A stretch of DNA of 64,000 nucleotides. It comes from a virus. The stretch covers positions 1 through 64,000 of the IMG/VR virus record IMGVR_UViG_3300031669_000014, one strand, 5' to 3'. Shown one piece after another: positions 1 to 8,323 of this stretch; within the stretch, counting starts at the first letter, position 1, and each line of letters begins with the position of its first letter. The notes beneath the pieces are model-generated. The model did no database searches. It was not told the DNA's origin and worked only from the letters and a program-made list of their open reading frames with translations. A program made the translations under genes and the position numbers.

Positions 1-2
1 TA

Positions 3-161
3 ATCAAGCAATCAACTGACGGCAGGGATTCTGTATACTCTGGCCTAAAGGAACTGGCTGCCTGTGGATATGTTAAAAGGATGGACCTGCGCGACAGTCG
101 CGGGAGACTTGCAGGCTGTGAATATCTTGTCTATGAAAACCCGCAAACCGTTGATGTATAA
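3..161 (+). CDS. 3' end of an HTH replication-initiator-like protein (5'-truncated by window edge)
   Basis: Frame 3 reads IKQSTDGRDSVYSGLKELAACGYVKRMDLRDSRGRLAGCEYLVYENPQTVDV*, typical of Firmicute phage/plasmid wHTH Rep; not in ORF track. Confidence 0.7.
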   Translation: MKQSTDGRDSVYSGLKELAACGYVKRMDLRDSRGRLAGCEYLVYENPQTVDV

Positions 162-170
162 GGACTTCTA

Positions 171-287
171 CCGTATACGGGTTTTCCGTATCCGGTTTAT
201 CCGTATCGGGAAAATCGGACACTACTAATAATGATCTTTATTACTAATAATGAGTTAACTAATATCATCATGCCGATCTGTGGATAA
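171..287. promoter_or_regulatory. Putative replication origin: three iterons, AT-rich repeats, DnaA box
   Basis: CCGTATACGG/CCGTATCCGG/CCGTATCGGG at 171, 186, 201 (15-bp period); TACTAATAATGA at 223 and 242; TGTGGATAA (consensus DnaA box, reverse) at 279-287. Confidence 0.65.
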
Positions 288-313
288 CTTTAAGATATGA
301 AAGGGTGTCATAA

Positions 314-784
314 ATGCACTACCTCACAGCCAAAGAAGCCGCCGCAATATTAGGTTGTAGCCCCAAGAATGTCACCCTACTTTGTGCCGCTGAAAAATTT
401 CCCGGTTGCAAAAAAGTACCCGGCAAGAAAACCGAGGAATGGCGCATACCTGCCCAGGCTGTAATTGACTACCAGGCCAACAGGGAAGTCGAGGTGGACG
501 TCCTTCCGCCTGAATCCTATGCGCTGGTTACGCGACAATCCCTACTTGATATGATCGCGGAAGTGATTAACAGGAACGAAGCAGAAAACGCGGAAACAAG
601 GAAGATGGTTGAGGAAGTCAAACTGTGGTACGAGGAAGAAGCCAAAAGGAATGAAGAAGAAATCGAGGAGTTACGCGGAAGGCTAACGAAGCAGGAGGAA
701 GGAATCGCGTCGGTTTGGGGGAAGGTTGCGGAGATGGAAAAAAAGACAAAGAAAAATCGCCCTTTTTGGCGCTGGTGGTTCTAA
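314..784 (+). CDS. MerR/HTH_17-type HTH + coiled coil + aromatic/basic tail; RacA/pSK1 Par-like partition protein
   Basis: YLTAKEAAAILGCS...WRIP N-terminus, coiled coil, ends KKNRPFWRWWF; directly after origin; paralog at 42184. Confidence 0.6.
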   Translation: MHYLTAKEAAAILGCSPKNVTLLCAAEKFPGCKKVPGKKTEEWRIPAQAVIDYQANREVEVDVLPPESYALVTRQSLLDMIAEVINRNEAENAETRKMVEEVKLWYEEEAKRNEEEIEELRGRLTKQEEGIASVWGKVAEMEKKTKKNRPFWRWWF

Positions 785-791
785 TCCCCCT

Positions 792-950
792 TTATTCCCA
801 ACCTACACACATACCCGCATCAGTACACTCGCTAATTAATTCTTCGTCTGACATTTTTGGAATCTTGTATATATCCTGTTCGTCACACTTTAAATTGCCG
901 TATGCCCACGCCAGATATAACATTTTCGTTAATCTATCGCTTTCGTTCAA
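792..950 (-). CDS. Hypothetical 52-aa protein
   Basis: Manual translation from TTG: MNESDRLTKMLYLAWAYGNLKCDE...GWE*, purine-rich RBS. Confidence 0.5.
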   Translation of the reverse strand: MNESDRLTKMLYLAWAYGNLKCDEQDIYKIPKMSDEELISECTDAGMCVGWE

Positions 951-1001
951 CCTACTCACTTCCCCTCTACTCTGCGCCCGTGGTGGCGCATGTTTGGCTA
1001 A

Positions 1002-1160
1002 TTACTCATCGTCTGCCATGATTATATAGCACCTGCATTTACACTTTTTACATATCATTAATCCGTCCTGGTCCCACTTATCGTTCGTTTCAATGTCGGA
1101 TGATCCGCAGTTTGGGCAAAAAGTTGTTTCTTGCGGGTATCCTATAACCGAAGTTGCCAT
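1002..1160 (-). CDS. Zinc-ribbon microprotein (52 aa)
   Basis: MATSVIGYPQETTFCPNCGS...CKKCKCRC; AAGGAG RBS. Confidence 0.6.
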   Translation of the reverse strand: MATSVIGYPQETTFCPNCGSSDIETNDKWDQDGLMICKKCKCRCYIIMADDE

Positions 1161-1203
1161 TATTACTCCTTTCCGGCTGGATTGCCAGGTTGTTAGGGCG
1201 GGG

Positions 1204-1434
1204 TTAAGACTTGTACTTCATCTCATCTAACCGTGCCAGTATCCCCTCTGCAAGCTCCTTGGCCTGCGCATAGTTTAGGAATAGCGTCACTCCGTACGCC
1301 TCGTTGTCAATCTCACAGTAGTTTACAAACATCGAAGAACTGGCATCAAGGATAGCTTCCTTTTCCCGGTTATTCACCGTAATTTTGAGGGTTAAATTGT
1401 CATCTACAAAGACGTTGGTTTTACTTCTGATCAT
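1204..1434 (-). CDS. Hypothetical protein
   Basis: ORF track; start overlaps upstream stop. Confidence 0.6.
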   Translation of the reverse strand: MIRSKTNVFVDDNLTLKITVNNREKEAILDASSSMFVNYCEIDNEAYGVTLFLNYAQAKELAEGILARLDEMKYKS

Positions 1435-1601
1435 TTCTCCCCCTCCTTATCCTTCTCGTACTCATCAATCCATTTTTCCATCAACTCACCCAATAGGCGC
1501 TGTACTGACTTTATCCCTTCTAACGCGGCATATGATTTGCATTTTCTGACCGCTTCTGCGGTTGTTTCTATTTTCACGGTGCGGGTGATTAGTTCGTTCA
1601 T
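1431..1601 (-). CDS. Ribbon-helix-helix-like DNA-binding protein
   Basis: TRTVKIET strand then two helices; GGAAGGAG RBS favours ATG 1601; upstream TTGATC-17-TAGAAT promoter. Confidence 0.55.
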   Translation of the reverse strand: MNELITRTVKIETTAEAVRKCKSYAALEGIKSVQRLLGELMEKWIDEYEKDKEGEK

Positions 1602-1676
1602 GCAACCATCTCCTTCCATGAAGTTATCTTGTTTATATTCTACTACAGATACAACTATAGATCAAGCATAAAATAG

Positions 1677-1700
1677 AAAAACCCCCTCCGAAGAGGGGGC
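1677..1700 (-). terminator. Intrinsic terminator ending lysis operon A
   Basis: CCCCCTC-TTCG-GAGGGGG followed by TTTTT on minus strand. Confidence 0.8.
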
Positions 1701-1714
1701 AGGGGTGGAATAAT

Positions 1715-1903
1715 TTAAGTTGTCGGCACTCGTTTCATGCCCAGAGCCATGCCCAATGCCCAGAAGATATTTTGCATCAGTACTGGTACATCATGGATCT
1801 GTATCATCATGATACATACAGTTACGAGGGCAACCAGGAAACCCGCAATAAGGGTGTAGTCAATGGCATCCAGTTTCTTTGGTTGGGGTTGTTCGTCTCC
1901 CAT
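1715..1903 (-). CDS. Holin-like membrane protein A
   Basis: Two hydrophobic segments; AAGGAGG RBS before MGDEQ; downstream of endolysin. Confidence 0.6.
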   Translation of the reverse strand: MGDEQPQPKKLDAIDYTLIAGFLVALVTVCIMMIQIHDVPVLMQNIFWALGMALGMKRVPTT

Positions 1904-1934
1904 AGGTGATTCCTCCTTAAGATATTTTAGATAT

Positions 1935-2108
1935 TCAAGTTTCAGACGAAGATCGGGATGCATTTGCATCACCTGCAACTCTAATTATTTGTGCTGTCCT
2001 AAAGTCGTAGCGCATTCCGCACCGGGGGCACTCCCAGAGCATAATACTACTGTAATGTGGGGTAATAATGGGGATCATCTTGGCATTGCATTCAGGGCAA
2101 CACATCAT
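1935..2108 (-). CDS. Zinc-ribbon microprotein in lysis cassette (57 aa)
   Basis: MMCCPECNAKM...WECPRCGMRYDFRTAQI; homolog at 44598-44765. Confidence 0.65.
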   Translation of the reverse strand: MMCCPECNAKMIPIITPHYSSIMLWECPRCGMRYDFRTAQIIRVAGDANASRSSSET

Positions 2109-2110
2109 GA

Positions 2111-2803
2111 TCATCCTTTCATTTTATCGTACTCGTACAGCACCCGGATAAGCGCATAAAAATCCTCGCTTCGATTCTCCGGAGAAACAACAAGACCATG
2201 CGCCACGGCCCACATTACACTATCTTTGGCCCAATCCGGGACCACGGCTTCCACTTCCCCTTTCCAAGCACAACCAAGCGCCCGGGCGATACCCTTGGCG
2301 TAGGCGCCGGCCAAGCCATCAAGGAAGGAGCCATCCTTTAGTTTCGCAGCATCAAATTGGTTACTAATGAAAAGGTTCTCGAAAAGCATGGCCGGCATGG
2401 ATGTATCCCGCAGAACAGCAAAATTGGCCGTCTTTTTCCCTCTATCCATAAAACCATACTGCCGGTAAAAGTTAGCGACTTCAGTGTGTACGTAGAAGCG
2501 AAGATTATCGGCCTTCTGGCTACCCGGGTAAGTGAAACTCTCAAAACCGGTTGCATCCGCACTTACTGCGCTATTGACGTGGATGCTCAAAAAGAAATCA
2601 GCCTCCGGGTAAACGTTGGCCGCGATGCAAATATCAGCCAGTTTGTTTTCATGGACAATAACGCTGTCAATGCCGTATGCTGGCAATTTAGCGGCAATCT
2701 TACCGCATAGGATTACGTTGATGTCGGCCTCGTGGATACCGTTTCCGACGGCTCCAGGGTCAAGGTTGTCAAAGTGTCCAGGATTAATAATCACGAGTGC
2801 CAT
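2111..2803 (-). CDS. Endolysin, N-acetylmuramoyl-L-alanine amidase (Amidase_3)
   Basis: INPGH...DPGA...E, SIHVNS, ANFAVLRDT, FENLFISN; C-terminal PDWAKDSVMWAV (SLH-like). Confidence 0.92.
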   Translation of the reverse strand: MALVIINPGHFDNLDPGAVGNGIHEADINVILCGKIAAKLPAYGIDSVIVHENKLADICIAANVYPEADFFLSIHVNSAVSADATGFESFTYPGSQKADNLRFYVHTEVANFYRQYGFMDRGKKTANFAVLRDTSMPAMLFENLFISNQFDAAKLKDGSFLDGLAGAYAKGIARALGCAWKGEVEAVVPDWAKDSVMWAVAHGLVVSPENRSEDFYALIRVLYEYDKMKG

Positions 2804-2813
2804 AAATAACCCC

Positions 2814-3089
2814 CTATTTTATTATTATTACAGCCATTACCGCCGCGACAATAGCCGCTACAACCCCGGCAATTGACGTATTAACCACGATATCCCAACG
2901 CTTACGCGGGGTTTCGGTTATCTTGTCAATCTTCTTCTTCACATCGTCCAGGGTTATCTTGATATACTGCAATGTCACTTCCGTTTTCCCGGCGTTGACA
3001 TCTTGGGCACCCTGGCCCCGCTGTAATTTATCAATGTCTTTCTCCGCAGCATCCATCCGCTTTTCGAGCTTGCAGTTAATGCAGTCCAT
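2814..3089 (-). CDS. Coiled coil + C-terminal TM protein (XhlA-like lysis accessory)
   Basis: AGGAGG RBS before MDCINC (track start 3176); C-terminal TM. Confidence 0.6.
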   Translation of the reverse strand: MDCINCKLEKRMDAAEKDIDKLQRGQGAQDVNAGKTEVTLQYIKITLDDVKKKIDKITETPRKRWDIVVNTSIAGVVAAIVAAVMAVIIIK

Positions 3090-3159
3090 TATGGGTCCTC
3101 CTACTCCTTTGGGGGTTTTATGGGTTTTTTGGGTTTCGGTAGTTTGGGATACTTTGGCA

Positions 3160-3429
3160 TTATTCATTACCTCCATTCTTATTATCGTTTACGTTTTGAT
3201 TATTGCTTTGTGTTTGGGTTACTGCTGGTGGCTCTGGATACTGGTAATCTGTCTTGAAATACAACCATGCGGTACCCATGATAGTAAACGAAAAGGCTAG
3301 CATTGCCACTATGAAAGCGGTTACTAACCTTTTGTTTAACTCATCCGTATTAGTTATGATCCGGTCAAATAGCCGGATGTTTTCTACTAACAGAGCGAAT
3401 ATTTCTTTTTGCTCCGTCGTCTTGTCCAC
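3160..3429 (-). CDS. Single-TM membrane protein
   Basis: Near-identical to 45841-46110; GTG start inferred from that copy. Confidence 0.6.
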   Translation of the reverse strand: MDKTTEQKEIFALLVENIRLFDRIITNTDELNKRLVTAFIVAMLAFSFTIMGTAWLYFKTDYQYPEPPAVTQTQSNNQNVNDNKNGGNE

Positions 3430-3501
3430 CCCCTGGTATAATTTTACAAAAAGGAAGCGTTTGACATGGACGCCTCCCGGCAAAGATGGTACTATTTAGG
3501 A

Positions 3502-3602
3502 GCAGGCAACAGAGGTTTGATCTCTGTTAAAACCCGCCGGGGCCACCCCCTGGGCGGGGCCTGCACCAACTAAGAAGGGGAGGAAATTATTCCTCCCCTC
3601 TT
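3502..3602. ncRNA. Structured three-way-junction RNA plus terminator-like hairpin (copy A)
   Basis: GCAGGC/GCCTGC closing stem, AACAGAG/CTCTGTT, CCCGCC/GGCGGG; compensatory change in copy B. Confidence 0.6.
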
Positions 3603-3647
3603 GCATTGAATACGATGTTAGGCGTATAATCTCCATAAAGGAGGTCG

Positions 3648-3878
3648 TTGAAAATGAAGGATTATCTATATCCACTGTGGCCCCTTTTTGTCTTAGCTTT
3701 CTTGGTTTATGGTTTTGAAATGGGTTTTGTTGTTATAAACCGCATTAAAGAAAAAGCTGGACAACTATTAGAAATCAGGTGGATTGGTTCTATAATCGCT
3801 TTAGCTTTTATGCTAGTCCTTTTTGCACTAATGGGGCACTTTAACGGTCCATATGTGGATAATCTTTGGGGTTTCTAG
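3648..3878 (+). CDS. Two-TM moron-like membrane protein (possible superinfection exclusion)
   Basis: Opposite strand to late genes, own TTGCAT-18-TATAAT promoter and AAGGAGG RBS; conserved at 46330. Confidence 0.65.
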   Translation: MKMKDYLYPLWPLFVLAFLVYGFEMGFVVINRIKEKAGQLLEIRWIGSIIALAFMLVLFALMGHFNGPYVDNLWGF

Positions 3879-6800
3879 CTATTTTCTTACTGCTATCCCA
3901 CCACCTTTCTTGTAAACCCGTTCACCCCGGGCCTTCAATATCTGCGTTTTAGCCACTTCGTTAGCATCGGCCATTATCCCCTGCATCTTCTTAACCGCCT
4001 CTTCAGGCTTCATGTTTTCAGACATCTTTGCAAAGCCCTTCTGCGTTAATTCCCCTACAAGACGTTGATAATCGGAATATTCCTGTCCGGACAAAACAAA
4101 CGACTTGCCGCTTACGGTGATCTTCTTCGGCATCACCCGGGGGATTTGACTTGTCTCCCCGGTCTGCTCGTAAATCTTATTTACCATGCCCACCTCGCGG
4201 GATGGATTGTACTGGTTTGTAAATGCAGGGTTCAGGAATACATTGAACGGGTTGTTGCTTCCACCCTGATACGTTTCCAGTGGTTGGCCAAGAGTGCCGT
4301 ATTTTCTCGGGAGATTACCGGCCAACCCGGGGATCTTGTTTCCAGCCCTGTTAAGTGATTCCTGTGTTTTGTTTGGGTCGTAAGTCTCACGTCGTTGATT
4401 ATCGGATAGTTGCTTAACCTGATTCAATAGTGTTGGGATAAACGACGCTGGAACACCTTCCAGGACCTTGATTAATCCTTGTTCAGCGTTGCCGTAGCCA
4501 CCGCCAAAAAGGGTTTGGATACCCTGCACTACCGGCTGGTCTGCAAAGGCGTTTATACCCGTTCCCAGGGCTTGCAGGATGGTTCCGGCAAGTCCAGCTG
4601 CGCTTCCTTTATTGGCGTCTACGTCTGCGCCGATAGCCAAGGGGATCGCCTGGGGCTGGAACCAGTCATAACTAACGATGGCGTCGCCCTTTTGCGTTTT
4701 CGTGTCACCGCCAAACACCAGACGCTTTAAGGCCGAGGCATTAATGCGGTATTCGCCAAATCCTTGTTCCCTATTTAGTTCGGCCAAGTCACGATCTTCT
4801 GGCGGTCTACCAGTAATGATTCCTAATTTATGCAGGAGCGCACCGGTACCGAATAAAGCGGCAGAACCAACGAGTGCCCGGGAGAACGATTCAACGAAAG
4901 CCTTCTGATTAAACTGCTGTTTGACAAGTGGTCTTGCTGCTTCCAGGATGGTCTTGACAAATCCAGCCGGGGAATAATCAATCCCACGCATCAAAAGGTT
5001 GGCCGGGGTACGAGGATATTTGACAATAAAATCACCTGCGCCAAATTCCTTGCTACCGGTTACTTTGTTTAGTAACTGTTTTATCCCTACGAACAATTTG
5101 CTTAAACCGTTATCGTCCTGGAATGTTTTATACAATCCGTCCAGGTGGGCGACATTTCTCATTTCCTCGGTTGGCGCGTTTACCTTCGCCGCCCTCATCT
5201 GATTAAGCAGACTTTCCTCATAGGCCCCCTGATAGAACGCCCGGTCTGATGCTCTCAATTCGATATTGAGTGCCTTTTCCGCAAACCCTAACGGGCCCTT
5301 GCGGAATGTCCTGCCCAGTGGAATATCAAACTTTCCAGTTAAGCCGGAAGTGTCAACCCCTAAAAGGGCGTCCTCCAGGCCGTGCTTCCACCCCTGCTTG
5401 AATCCCTTCGCCTGTGCGCCAAGGCTCGGCAATACTTTTGTACGCTGGCCGGTCGCCAGTGATAGTGCCTTATCAACGCCAGCACCGACAACGCCACTGA
5501 CATTTTCCATACCGGCAAATCCAAAGTTACCAACTATATTCCGGATTGCCGTCTTGGGGTTCAAAAGCTGGGCCATAGTCTGGATTGAGGCCACCTTACG
5601 CAGGAATGGAACGGGAACCTGTGCTGCAATAAGATCAAGGGTCTTGGCTATGGCAATGTCTTTGTCCCTACCATCGGACATACTGCCAATCTGTTCCATA
5701 CGGGTTTTGATGTCACCCATGATTTCAGGTTTAACCTGAATTTTTTGGGTTAACTTACCGGAAGTATTTTCAAGATCGCGATTGATGCTACTTATCGTTT
5801 TGACGTAATGCTTCTGCATTCCCTCCGGGGTCATCTTCCCCCAAAGGCGTAAAGACTGAATGGCCTGGCCTTGAGTAGTAGCCGTCTGTGATATGTTCTG
5901 AATTAAATCTGTGGCGTCCTCAAAACGTCCTTCCGCGTTTGCCTTCTGAACAAGTTTCAGCGCAACGGTGTTTGATAAGTCGGTCCCTGGGTTTTCCCGG
6001 ACAGACCTTTCAGCCTGGCGCATATCGGTATTGATTATTCTTTCTGCTAATTGAATGGTTCCTTCATTGTTATGAACATCGTAAGCACCGCGGCCACCGG
6101 GAACCATTTCATTAATTAAACCGCGCTGCACTTCCGGGGGCGTACCCTCGGCCTTTGCCGTACTTACCCCAAGGCTACGTACGCGCTGACCATTTGCCAG
6201 GGGTTCCATTTTCTCAGGAATGCGGTGGCCAAGGGGTAAACCATCCCCCTGCGGTAATCCCCCCTTTACAGGTTGCGCCATCGGAGGTGTAACTCTCAAA
6301 GAGGGCGACCCGCCGATTATGCGTTCACGGCCAGGTCCGACAAACTTGGTTAGTTCCGGTATCGCCCCCGCTGCCTGCCCAAGTCTGCTAAACTGCGCCT
6401 CATTTGCCGCCTGCTGCCGTAATCCCGGCCTACCTTGTATTGCCTCGACATCGTTCATAAGCCCCGGCAAGTCAATACCAGTATTTGCTTTTATATCAGC
6501 AAAAGCAGCTTCAACAGTTGTCCCCGGGGGGTACGCTGCAAGAACATCATTGTGCTTGACGTAGTTTTGTGCCTCTTGGATTCCTTCATTAAGGCGATCC
6601 ATTGCAGTCTTTTCGGTACCTGGGAGACGAAGAGAAGTAAACGATTTTTGCGGCGCTGTATTTACCCCAGGAGGAACTTCCGGTATTGGCAGGGTAGATT
6701 CTACCCCCGGAACTTCTCCCGGCCTCTTGAACGATGCCAGCGCCTTCCCGCCGCCATGCAACAACATACCCAGCAGCGCATTAGATGCCGCCGCAGTTCC

Positions 6801-7493
6801 AGCCTCGCCAGCGTCAAACGGTCTGTCGTTAGCTATAGCCCTGGTTGCCTCGTAAGGTAGCGTGGTCGCGCCCATCTTTAAGCCGGTCTGTGCTATCGCC
6901 GGAAGTACGTTAAGTTTGGGGATAAGCGGCAAGGCTCCGCTAATGGCCTGCTCCGTACCGCCCCATAACTTCGCCCCTGCGCTGGCAGGGTTACCGGCAA
7001 ATCCCATCAGTCCACCAGCCAAGTCAGCCGAGATATCACCGAATTTACTTCCGGTTGTTACCTTGTCGGGCCTATCCATCATGCCCATGACTTCCGACCC
7101 GGCCTGGCCTGTACGCTCAAACCATGAGCCTTGCGGCGCCGGCGCTCCTGGCTCGGGATATAGCTGGGGATACAACTCTCGCCTTACCGGTTCATACTGC
7201 TGCTCTGATTTGCGGTTAAAATAACGGATCTCATTCATGGGATTTTTGACAAAATTAGCAACCTGCTCAAAAAATGGCCGACTAGGTTCCGGTGGTGCTG
7301 CTGGTGCATCGACGAACAATTCACTGGCCAGCCGCTTTATCTCGGGGGATCCTTCACCCGGGATATAGGATATTACCGGTTTTTCTGTGACTGAAGAAAA
7401 GTCTAATCCACCAGTGAAATCCCAGGAGGAACTTTTTTTCTTCTTTTCTTCATTGATACTAGAACCTATCCCACCTGTAAAGTCCCAAGACAT
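3879..7493 (-). CDS. Large internal virion / DNA-ejection protein A (1204 aa)
   Basis: Size, helical Ala/Gly-rich composition, position after nozzle; paralog at 46561. Confidence 0.65.
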   Translation of the reverse strand: MSWDFTGGIGSSINEEKKKKSSSWDFTGGLDFSSVTEKPVISYIPGEGSPEIKRLASELFVDAPAAPPEPSRPFFEQVANFVKNPMNEIRYFNRKSEQQYEPVRRELYPQLYPEPGAPAPQGSWFERTGQAGSEVMGMMDRPDKVTTGSKFGDISADLAGGLMGFAGNPASAGAKLWGGTEQAISGALPLIPKLNVLPAIAQTGLKMGATTLPYEATRAIANDRPFDAGEAGTAAASNALLGMLLHGGGKALASFKRPGEVPGVESTLPIPEVPPGVNTAPQKSFTSLRLPGTEKTAMDRLNEGIQEAQNYVKHNDVLAAYPPGTTVEAAFADIKANTGIDLPGLMNDVEAIQGRPGLRQQAANEAQFSRLGQAAGAIPELTKFVGPGRERIIGGSPSLRVTPPMAQPVKGGLPQGDGLPLGHRIPEKMEPLANGQRVRSLGVSTAKAEGTPPEVQRGLINEMVPGGRGAYDVHNNEGTIQLAERIINTDMRQAERSVRENPGTDLSNTVALKLVQKANAEGRFEDATDLIQNISQTATTQGQAIQSLRLWGKMTPEGMQKHYVKTISSINRDLENTSGKLTQKIQVKPEIMGDIKTRMEQIGSMSDGRDKDIAIAKTLDLIAAQVPVPFLRKVASIQTMAQLLNPKTAIRNIVGNFGFAGMENVSGVVGAGVDKALSLATGQRTKVLPSLGAQAKGFKQGWKHGLEDALLGVDTSGLTGKFDIPLGRTFRKGPLGFAEKALNIELRASDRAFYQGAYEESLLNQMRAAKVNAPTEEMRNVAHLDGLYKTFQDDNGLSKLFVGIKQLLNKVTGSKEFGAGDFIVKYPRTPANLLMRGIDYSPAGFVKTILEAARPLVKQQFNQKAFVESFSRALVGSAALFGTGALLHKLGIITGRPPEDRDLAELNREQGFGEYRINASALKRLVFGGDTKTQKGDAIVSYDWFQPQAIPLAIGADVDANKGSAAGLAGTILQALGTGINAFADQPVVQGIQTLFGGGYGNAEQGLIKVLEGVPASFIPTLLNQVKQLSDNQRRETYDPNKTQESLNRAGNKIPGLAGNLPRKYGTLGQPLETYQGGSNNPFNVFLNPAFTNQYNPSREVGMVNKIYEQTGETSQIPRVMPKKITVSGKSFVLSGQEYSDYQRLVGELTQKGFAKMSENMKPEEAVKKMQGIMADANEVAKTQILKARGERVYKKGGGIAVRK
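4909..5960. repeat. ~1.05-kb apparently identical block, copy 1 (copy 2 47591-48642)
   Basis: Constant offset 42,682; shadow ORFs 4999/47681 and 5266/47948 translate identically. Confidence 0.8.
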
Positions 7494-8309
7494 TTAATCA
7501 CCACCATTTGCTGAATCCCAGTAATCTTTCTTATTTTTACCATAGGCCATTTGGTACGCCTCATTGATTAACTTGTCCGGGTCAATTCCCTGTGAAATTA
7601 GTTGTGGCCTCTGTGTGTTGATCTGTTTTTCTATAACTTGGACGGGAGCTAGTACTCCGTATTCGGTAGAATACTTGTCTGCATATGGCTGACCTCCCAT
7701 AGCACCGCTAAGGGCTGCAAGGGCGTCTCCTACACCTTGTAGGGCAGATCCATAATTCCCCCGGTCGGTAACTGTTTGGCTCGGTTTACTTGCACCGCCA
7801 CCACCCCCACCATACGGCGCATTCGCGCTTCTACGTGTATTCGCAAGAGTAGCCTCTGCCTGCTGTTTGGCTGCTGGTAGATACCAATCCTGGCTTTCTG
7901 GGGTGGCTTGCCACTTCTGTTTTTCAAATAGGTCAGATAACGACTGCCGCCTGTTAGATATGGCATCAGCCCGCTTTAACCCCTCGTAACCTGTAATGGG
8001 AGCCTGGAATCCTTCTGAGGTCTGGAATCCCTGACCTGGGTCACTGCCCCAATACTGAGAAGGTAACTCAGACGGAGAACCGCCACCCTGGAGATAATTG
8101 GCGCGTGTCATATTTGCCAAACTGTTTGCCTGTTGGCGCTGTTCGTCGGTCTGGGCAGATTTGTATTGTTCACCCAGCCCAGACAACGCACTCGTAATCG
8201 GTTGCGTTCTCTGCTGACTGCGCTGGGTCTTAATTAATCCAGCTATCTGCTGTGCCTGCTTGATCGTGTTCTGCATGTCAGGATCAAATTGCGAAAAATC
8301 CATTGCCAT
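7494..8309 (-). CDS. Internal virion/ejection protein
   Basis: Q/G-rich helical; WGSDPGQGFQT segment shared with 50564 ORF. Confidence 0.55.
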   Translation of the reverse strand: MAMDFSQFDPDMQNTIKQAQQIAGLIKTQRSQQRTQPITSALSGLGEQYKSAQTDEQRQQANSLANMTRANYLQGGGSPSELPSQYWGSDPGQGFQTSEGFQAPITGYEGLKRADAISNRRQSLSDLFEKQKWQATPESQDWYLPAAKQQAEATLANTRRSANAPYGGGGGGASKPSQTVTDRGNYGSALQGVGDALAALSGAMGGQPYADKYSTEYGVLAPVQVIEKQINTQRPQLISQGIDPDKLINEAYQMAYGKNKKDYWDSANGGD

Positions 8310-8323
8310 TTATATTCCCTCCC

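Noticed and set aside
314-784. Excisionase call
   Set aside because: No integrase nearby; coiled coil and aromatic tail are not excisionase features
4065-7224. Plus-strand ORFs across late genes (also 9229-22301, 33886-34491, 46747-63851)
   Set aside because: Antisense shadows of well-supported minus-strand genes
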